Shown here: in pieces, positions 34,947-40,844 of the stretch
Layout: the number at the start of each line of letters is the position of its first letter
How positions within the stretch are numbered: the first letter of the stretch is position 1
Virus record (IMG/VR): IMGVR_UViG_3300037485_001686
Location: 1 to 40,844 of that record
Origin: a virus
Taxonomy: Duplodnaviria; Caudoviricetes
DNA length: 40,844 nucleotides
Strand: one strand, 5' to 3'
Position numbers and translations under genes: made by a program
Notes under the pieces: generated by a model
Seen by the model: the letters and a program-made list of their open reading frames with translations, nothing else
What the model was told of the DNA's origin: nothing
The model's database searches: none

Positions 34947-35269
34947 TCCACCCGTTGGTGCTCCCCATCCACGTTGCCGGCGATCACCTGGGCCAGCGCC
35001 AGCTTGACCTGGGCCGGCAGGAACTTGACCAGCTCCGGTGCGAACGGCGTCTGCTCGTCGACCTTGCCCATGTGGATCGGGCCCGACCAATTGAAGATCG
35101 AGCTCTCCAGGAGGGCCTCTGCCACCTTCGCGCCGTCCATCTCGCCGCGGCGCGTATGCTCTCGCTGCAGCTGGTCGATCTTGTCGGGCGCCACTCGCTT
35201 GTAGTGGAATTCCACGCCCCAAATTTCGCAGGTCAGGTGCTCGTCATCTCGGATGATCTGGATTGCCAC
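34937..35269 (-). CDS. Tail assembly chaperone (gpG-like)
   Basis: 110 aa, IFNWSG...TPFAPE, ends in DPT; lies before the tape measure. Confidence 0.75.
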   Translation of the reverse strand: MAIQIIRDDEHLTCEIWGVEFHYKRVAPDKIDQLQREHTRRGEMDGAKVAEALLESSIFNWSGPIHMGKVDEQTPFAPELVKFLPAQVKLALAQVIAGNVDGEHQRVDPT

Positions 35270-35287
35270 GGCTCTTCTCTCCTTTGG

Positions 35288-35623
35288 TTATTCGGCCATC
35301 GGGACGCGACCTTCGGTGTCGGTATCCCCGAAATAAACGGGGTCCCGAATGCCGACGGTCGTCAGGTACGCGGTGTCGGTCGGTGTCACCACGCTGTCCA
35401 CTTCCATTGCGAAAGGCGGCGCCGCGACGTCATCGGCCGTGGGGCCGGACAGGGCGACGGCGCCAATAACCGCGGTGTCTATTCCCTCTGCGACCAGCAC
35501 GCTGTCCACGGTCAGGGTCCCGGTGGTCGCCGTGTCCTCCGAATCGTCAAACGAGGTGCGCTCGAAAAGCTGCAGGACGATCCCGGTGGTCAGATCGTAC
35601 AGCGCTACGTGCGTGTTGGCCAT
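35288..35623 (-). CDS. Acidic hypothetical protein (possible fibre chaperone or adaptor)
   Basis: Start MANTHVALYDLTTG, 2 nt after the beta-helix gene stop. Confidence 0.6.
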   Translation of the reverse strand: MANTHVALYDLTTGIVLQLFERTSFDDSEDTATTGTLTVDSVLVAEGIDTAVIGAVALSGPTADDVAAPPFAMEVDSVVTPTDTAYLTTVGIRDPVYFGDTDTEGRVPMAE

Positions 35624-35625
35624 TC

Positions 35626-36657
35626 CTAAACCCCGTTGTTGTTGGTTCCTGGAATCGCGTAGGGCGCCGTCGGCACCGAGGCCGCGAGGGCGCCCGCCGG
35701 GATCGTGAAACCGTGGCCTGGGCAGCTGCCGCAGTTGATAAAATTGGTCCCGTTCCCGTAGGCCTGGACGCCTGTGATGATCTGCGAAAAACTGGCCGCC
35801 TGCAGGTGGACGCCTCCGCCCACGTTCGAGCGGACGCGGGCGCTGTTCACCTGCGACCGGGCCAGCGTCGTTTCTTGCGTGCTCAGGTAGATGCCGGCTC
35901 CGCCGTTCTCCCGGTAGTGGCCGGCTTGGACGTTGACCGAGGCGCGCCCGCCGCACCGGAGGCCGTGCGTGGTGTTCGTGTAGGCCAGGCAATCGCGCAA
36001 GGTCACGATCCGGCAGGCCGCGTTCACCGCGGCGACGCCGTTGGCGCAAACGTTGAATCCGTCGCGCCCGCTTGCGAACGAGCTGCATCCGGCCAGCAGC
36101 CATTCCAGGGCGTAGTCGTAGTCGCCGATGTAGAATCCGTCGTAGAGCGTGCCGCCGCAATCGTTCGCCACGCATCCGATCGCCTGGCAGTTGAAGGCGG
36201 CGGTGGTCGCGGTGCCTTGGTAGGCCAGGTAGAAGCCGGCCAGCGCCGATTGGTAGGCGGTGCAATCGATCAGGCGGATGCCGTGCCAGCCCAGGTCGGC
36301 CCTGAATCCGTAGCCGGTGGACCCGACCACGTGGCAGTTGGTGACGGTCACGAAATTGGCGCCGATCGTGATCTGCCCGCCGAAGGTGACGGCCGGGAAG
36401 GACCCGTCGTATCCTGGCGGAACGGCGCCCTCGATCCGCACGTTGTTTTGCGTGACCGTGAATCCGGCCGCGTAATCTCCGGCCTCGACGAAGATCGACC
36501 GCCTGCCGGCCGTCAGCGCCTCAGTGACGGTCGCGTATGTGCCACCAGAAGGCGATCCCGCGACGGCGCTCGCGCTCACGCGCGCGTCAAAGACGACGGG
36601 TGCGTTCAGGTTCGCCGCGGTGACGCCGGTCGTCCCGTCCCAGATCAGTCCGCCCAC
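35626..36657 (-). CDS. Right-handed parallel beta-helix protein (tailspike/depolymerase-like)
   Basis: TYATVTEAL...IFVEAGDY and repeated C.A..N...GF/GI rungs; N-terminal WDGTTGVTAANLN anchor-like motif. Confidence 0.75.
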   Translation of the reverse strand: MGGLIWDGTTGVTAANLNAPVVFDARVSASAVAGSPSGGTYATVTEALTAGRRSIFVEAGDYAAGFTVTQNNVRIEGAVPPGYDGSFPAVTFGGQITIGANFVTVTNCHVVGSTGYGFRADLGWHGIRLIDCTAYQSALAGFYLAYQGTATTAAFNCQAIGCVANDCGGTLYDGFYIGDYDYALEWLLAGCSSFASGRDGFNVCANGVAAVNAACRIVTLRDCLAYTNTTHGLRCGGRASVNVQAGHYRENGGAGIYLSTQETTLARSQVNSARVRSNVGGGVHLQAASFSQIITGVQAYGNGTNFINCGSCPGHGFTIPAGALAASVPTAPYAIPGTNNNGV

Positions 36658-36666
36658 GGTGGCCTC

Positions 36667-37923
36667 CTACGGCAGCGCTCCGACTCCGGTCGCCTGGTTG
36701 TCTCTCGACCAGCAATATTGCCGGCTGTTGCGGATCACCAGGTAGAGCTCGCTCGCCTTAACCAGCGTCATGCCGCCCGCCAGGGTGGTCACCCAGGTCG
36801 GCGCCGCTGCAGGGAAGGCCTCGAATTCCAGCGATCCCTCGATGATGCCGGTCCCGCTCACCGGGAAATTGGCGGCGGCGATCCGGACCAGCGGGCAAAT
36901 GAATTGCACCGTCGGGTACCAACCGGTCGAGGCCGGGGTCGGTGAATCGGTGCTCATCATCACGTCCGGCGCTGCGAATTTCAGCGAGAGCTGCAGGTCG
37001 GTGCCGGCCCGCAGGGCGGCCGGGAACGTATCGGCCGTGTACCTGGCCAGCTTGACCGTGCCTTTGACCTCCCGGCGCCCGCTGCGCATCGGCTCGCTCT
37101 TGTAGCGGCTGTTGGCGCCCGACTCGAATACCTCATCCAGCGGGTTGGTCAGGGTCAGGGTGATTTCCTTGACGCCGATCTCTGTCGGCGCGCTCGCGCC
37201 CGCGGCGCTCAGGCCCACGCGCAGGTGCGGGAACATCGCCTTGACCTTGCTGGTCGGCAGGACCCAATTGGTCAGGTTCATCGCGTCGGTGTCGTTCTTG
37301 TAGGGCGAAAGGTCCCACTCCACCGTCACGCCCTCGAGGCTCGCGCGGATCGTCATGCTCCGAACCATCGCGTTGATGTACCGCCAGGCCTCGCCTGCCG
37401 GCACGCCCTTGGCGATGCCCACGTCCACGCACCGGACCTTCTGGTCGCCCGCCACCCAATAGGTCGCGTCGCCTGCGACGCCGGAGCTGATCGCCCGCTC
37501 GCCGCTCGCCCAGGGCGACCGGTGCAGGGTGTCGTCCAGCTCGAAGAGGTGCTGGTAGGCGCCCGCCAGCAGGACCGTGGTCCCGCGCCAGGGCGCCGGG
37601 CTGCCGCCGCTGCCGGCACCGTGGGCCCCGGTGTAGACCGTCGGGCAGAGGTAGCCCATCGCCGCGTAGAAGAGGTACTCGAGGCCCTCGTACCACAGCT
37701 CGGTCGTCATCGTGCCGCCGGGGTTCTCCGCCACGACGTCCGCGTCGACGGTGGCCGCGGTTCCCTCGAGGGCGTCTGTCTTGTCCATCGTCACCGGGTT
37801 GGTCAGGCCCTCGCTCACGAATGGCACCTGGTTTGTCGGCGACGCAGCCACCGTTCCCCATGCCGAATTAACCGCGGGCCTCTTGACCACGCACTTTGTC
37901 AGGGCTCCCGAATATCCGCTCAT
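36667..37923 (-). CDS. Tail tube protein, paralog 2
   Basis: PFVSEGL, ELWYEGLEYLFYAAMG, VRSMTI, FPHL, PMRSGRREVKGTVKLARY. Confidence 0.75.
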   Translation of the reverse strand: MSGYSGALTKCVVKRPAVNSAWGTVAASPTNQVPFVSEGLTNPVTMDKTDALEGTAATVDADVVAENPGGTMTTELWYEGLEYLFYAAMGYLCPTVYTGAHGAGSGGSPAPWRGTTVLLAGAYQHLFELDDTLHRSPWASGERAISSGVAGDATYWVAGDQKVRCVDVGIAKGVPAGEAWRYINAMVRSMTIRASLEGVTVEWDLSPYKNDTDAMNLTNWVLPTSKVKAMFPHLRVGLSAAGASAPTEIGVKEITLTLTNPLDEVFESGANSRYKSEPMRSGRREVKGTVKLARYTADTFPAALRAGTDLQLSLKFAAPDVMMSTDSPTPASTGWYPTVQFICPLVRIAAANFPVSGTGIIEGSLEFEAFPAAAPTWVTTLAGGMTLVKASELYLVIRNSRQYCWSRDNQATGVGALP

Positions 37924-37935
37924 GTCGCCCTCCCG

Positions 37936-38895
37936 TTAGGCCGCGATGATCTGCAGCTGGTCGGTGATCGCCACCATCGGTGTGTTGTGGAGGTTCCGGT
38001 ACGCCTCGAGCGTGATGGCGCCCTCGATCATGGCCGGCCCGCCGACGTTGAAATCGGCGCCCTCGCTGATCTTGCAGTCCGGAATGTACATCGTGTAGCT
38101 GTCGGCGCCGGAAACCAGGACCAGCATCGCCTGCAGGCGCGTTCCGGCCGTTTTCCAACCGCGCAGGCTCGTGGTCGGCGCCGTGCTCAGGTATCGCGCC
38201 AGGCCGAGCTTGCAGGTCACGACCCGGACGCCGTTCCGCAACGGGTCCAGGACGTAGGCCGGGTCGCTGCTGTCCTTCGCGTCGGCCTGCAGGGCATTGT
38301 CCACGCTGACCTCGAAGCTCTTGACCGGCAGGGCGTCGCCCACGGCCAGGGCGTCGGCCTGGTCGCCGATCCAGACGCCGCTCACCGCGGACGCGATCAG
38401 GTGCGGGAAAAGGACCGGCGCTCCCGGCGCCGCCAGGGACGCGAAGGTCCCGGCGTTCGCCACGGTCACGCTGCGGGCCGTCACGTTCATCGTCAGCTTG
38501 ACGGGCTCTTCGCCCGCCTGGCCGCTGATCGTGAAGCTGTTCACCTTGACGCCTGCGAATTTGTAGACCTTGGTCACGCGGTCGATCGTCAGGTGGAAAT
38601 ACTTGGCCAGCTGCGCGGTGAAGGTGTACGTGCGGGTCGTCACGGCGCCCATGCAATACTCGAGGATCGGGTCGCCGTCGTAGCAAAGCTCGACCACGAT
38701 CTCGCCGCTCACCATCAGGTGCCCGACCTCGAATTCGTGCTGGCTCGCGTAGCCCAGGAGGGCCTGCGACCGCAGCTTGTCGTAGGCCTCGGTCATCGAC
38801 TCGCTCAGGATCCGCAGCTTGGCCGTTTCTTGCACGTGGGCCTGCGACCAGCTCGTGCCCGCCGCCCATCCCGCTTGCGCCAGTACTCCGCTCAT
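37936..38895 (-). CDS. Tail tube protein, paralog 1
   Basis: Start MSGVLAQ; ILSESM, ELCYDG...YCMG, VNSFTI, FPHL, PLRNGVRVVTCKLGLARY. Confidence 0.75.
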   Translation of the reverse strand: MSGVLAQAGWAAGTSWSQAHVQETAKLRILSESMTEAYDKLRSQALLGYASQHEFEVGHLMVSGEIVVELCYDGDPILEYCMGAVTTRTYTFTAQLAKYFHLTIDRVTKVYKFAGVKVNSFTISGQAGEEPVKLTMNVTARSVTVANAGTFASLAAPGAPVLFPHLIASAVSGVWIGDQADALAVGDALPVKSFEVSVDNALQADAKDSSDPAYVLDPLRNGVRVVTCKLGLARYLSTAPTTSLRGWKTAGTRLQAMLVLVSGADSYTMYIPDCKISEGADFNVGGPAMIEGAITLEAYRNLHNTPMVAITDQLQIIAA

Positions 38896-38896
38896 G

Positions 38897-39352
38897 TCAG
38901 ACGCCTCCCTGCAGCCGTTCCTGGACGACCACGGTTCCCTCCGCCACGTGGCAGAGTATCCCACCGAACATCCGATGGCTTGTCGTAAAATTGAACGGCT
39001 CCCGAATTTCGGCGGTGCCGCTCACGGTGTAGTCCGCGCGGAATTTCAGGGCGACCGCGTTCAGCAGCGCCTGAAATGTCCGCTCGCTCGCGCTCGAATC
39101 CTGGCAGCCGTAGACCGCCACGATCTCGTATGTGTCCCTGCTCTCGACTTCCACGTTGGTCAGCCAGCGCTCTTCGTGCCGGCCGCGGGAAACCATCCAG
39201 CCGTGCACGTGGCCGGCTGTCGTGAACAGGGAGATCATCTGGCCCCACTCGGCGACGTGGCGCTTGTAATCGTAGACGTTGGCGCCGCCGCCCGACTGGA
39301 TCAGGGCGACGACCGCGGCCAGGATCGCGCTGTAATTGCTGGCGCCCGCCAT
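38897..39352 (-). CDS. Tail terminator / neck protein
   Basis: 151 aa before the tail tube; HGWMVSR, MFGGILCHVAE. Confidence 0.65.
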   Translation of the reverse strand: MAGASNYSAILAAVVALIQSGGGANVYDYKRHVAEWGQMISLFTTAGHVHGWMVSRGRHEERWLTNVEVESRDTYEIVAVYGCQDSSASERTFQALLNAVALKFRADYTVSGTAEIREPFNFTTSHRMFGGILCHVAEGTVVVQERLQGGV

Positions 39353-39353
39353 C

Positions 39354-39908
39354 TCACGCGCTCCCGTTCATCCGGTCGGTGATCCGCTGCTTGGCCCGGC
39401 CCAGGATGAGCCAAATCTGCGGCCAATGGCCGCGGCGCTTGTCGGCCGCCTTTGCGTACATTCCCCACCCGCGGCCGGGCCCGTCGGGCGCCGACTTGAA
39501 TCCGTGCCGGCCGATGTTCCTGGCGATCACGAAGGCCAGGCCGGCCGCGTCCTCTTCCGTTTCGATGTTGAAATAATCCCGGTGGCTGTAAATCCAGGGG
39601 ATCAGGTCGGCGGCCGGTGGCGGTGCGGATCCTGGCGCGCGCCCGAGCTCGAGGACCTCGCCGAACGGGCAGCTGTCGCCGATCTGGACGACCACGCCTC
39701 CGGGCGTGGGGATCGCGTCGGTCCTGGTCACGCTGGCCACCGAGACGCCGTCGCTGGACGGGAACCGCTGCTTGACGGCGCCGACCAGGATCTCGCCCAT
39801 GCCCTCAACCGCGGCCACGAACTCTTCCCGGAAAATGGTCGGCGCCCGGCGCCAGGCGGCCAGGACGCTGTCTTTGTTCTCCCACTGAATGATGGCGTCG
39901 CCGCTCAT
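39354..39908 (-). CDS. Neck / tail completion protein (HK97 gp10-like)
   Basis: Start MSGDAII; VLELGRAPG..PP...LIPW, AFVIARNIGRHG. Confidence 0.7.
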   Translation of the reverse strand: MSGDAIIQWENKDSVLAAWRRAPTIFREEFVAAVEGMGEILVGAVKQRFPSSDGVSVASVTRTDAIPTPGGVVVQIGDSCPFGEVLELGRAPGSAPPPAADLIPWIYSHRDYFNIETEEDAAGLAFVIARNIGRHGFKSAPDGPGRGWGMYAKAADKRRGHWPQIWLILGRAKQRITDRMNGSA

Positions 39909-40600
39909 CGCTCGTTCTCCGGGTAGTTGTGCAGGCGCCCGTAGGGCCCGGCTGCCGGCAGCATCTGCAGGTCGGCGCTGGCGGCCTTGACCGGGATGTC
40001 CTTGCCCAGGCCCATCGCGTCCCGGTACTCCTGGGTCAGGTCCTTGGCGATCCTGGCCCAATCGCCCGCGGAAATGTTCCGGCCGAACGTGTCCACCGCG
40101 ATCGTATTGTCAGCGCTTTGCGCCATCCTGGCGCCGATCATGCGGGCCATATTTGCCGCGGCCAGCTTGGCGACCTTGTACTTCAGGATCGCCGGGACCG
40201 TGGCCTCGGTGTACTGGATCGTGAAAACCAGGCGCGCCGAGGTGCCGGCTGCGATCGTCCGGCCCTCGCGCAGCAGCAGGGTGTCGCCCATCGTGGGGTC
40301 CGCCAGGACCTCCCAATCCTCAAAGTCGACCTCGTGCTCTTCGCCCAGAACGTACGGGTTGTGGACCTCGAGGACGTCGCTCACGCCCTCGACCCACCCG
40401 GCGGCGCCGCTGCTCAGGTCGACGTAGGAAAGGCCGGCTCCGGCCACCAGCACGTTGGCCGTGCGCGGGCGGTCGCGGTCCAGCGTCAGCAGGGCGTCGG
40501 TGACCGCGCTGGTCATCGCCGCTGCCGGCAGGAGGTCGGTGACGGTGTTGCTGCCGTAGGAAATGAAATGCAGCGCAGGGGTTTTGATCTCGTCGGCCAT
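39905..40600 (-). CDS. Head-tail adaptor protein
   Basis: Start MADEIKT with GGGGAG RBS; DRDRPR, VAKLAAA, DNTIAVD...A.....YRDAMG. Confidence 0.65.
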   Translation of the reverse strand: MADEIKTPALHFISYGSNTVTDLLPAAAMTSAVTDALLTLDRDRPRTANVLVAGAGLSYVDLSSGAAGWVEGVSDVLEVHNPYVLGEEHEVDFEDWEVLADPTMGDTLLLREGRTIAAGTSARLVFTIQYTEATVPAILKYKVAKLAAANMARMIGARMAQSADNTIAVDTFGRNISAGDWARIAKDLTQEYRDAMGLGKDIPVKAASADLQMLPAAGPYGRLHNYPENER

Positions 40601-40717
40601 GTCGGCTCCCCTTGCTGATTGAGGTGGCGGTGGACGCCGTTCGCCAAAGCGCCCACCGCCCGGTGCGGCCTGCGAAGAGTAACAGGCCGCGCGCGCTGCT
40701 AATACCCGAGGGCGGTT

Positions 40718-40844
40718 TTCACCGTGTCGCTGCCAGACTCCTTGATCCGAATGCTGTCCGGGAAGCCGGGCACGAAGGCGACGCACGGGTATCGGTCCAG
40801 CTTGGCGGTCGACGCGTTTCCGCGGCCGACCGAATCAACAAGGA
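40718..40844. repeat. Direct terminal repeat (circular overlap), copy 2
   Basis: Identical to 1-127. Confidence 0.97.

Noticed and set aside
35626-36657. Diversity-generating retroelement target in the receptor-binding-like genes
   Set aside because: No reverse transcriptase and no TR/VR pair differing at adenines was seen
40617-40695. Two adjacent hairpins as a tRNA or riboswitch
   Set aside because: No cloverleaf, T-loop or aptamer consensus recognised; likely an intergenic stabiliser or terminator
40718-40844. 127-bp terminal repeat as a biological DTR
   Set aside because: The length matches a common assembler k-mer and it falls mid-gene; better explained as circular overlap

Overview
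The window is a complete, circularly closed genome of a high-GC, lambda-like long-tailed (siphovirus-type) dsDNA phage. Bases 1-127 are identical to 40718-40844, giving a unit length of 40,717 bp, and one ORF reads in frame across that junction. Essentially all real genes lie on the minus strand. Reading downward from ~27.4 kb: a sigma70-like early promoter; small early genes (two DUF6900-like paralogs, CsrA, Cro-like HTH); recombination and replication genes (putative annealase, single-chain SbcD-SbcC/Mre11-Rad50 fusion, RusA, replication initiator with internal iteron-like repeats); a ParB-DNA methyltransferase; TerS and TerL; a head-spike cassette; portal; MuF fused to an ADP-ribosyltransferase toxin; and a protease-major capsid fusion. 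After wrapping the origin come neck genes, two tandem tail-tube paralogs, a beta-helix protein, tail chaperones G/GT, tape measure, Dit/hub and lysis genes. I see no integrase, CI repressor, DNA polymerase, tRNA or CRISPR array. The most notable system lies between TerL and portal: one RcGTA-type head-spike base gene followed by three unrelated cargo domains (spike fibre domain, metallophosphoesterase, unknown domain) that share an N-terminal M-x-G-x-G-x-G docking leader. This suggests a modular capsid-display system that includes an enzyme. All family calls rest on motif recognition by eye; no searches were run.
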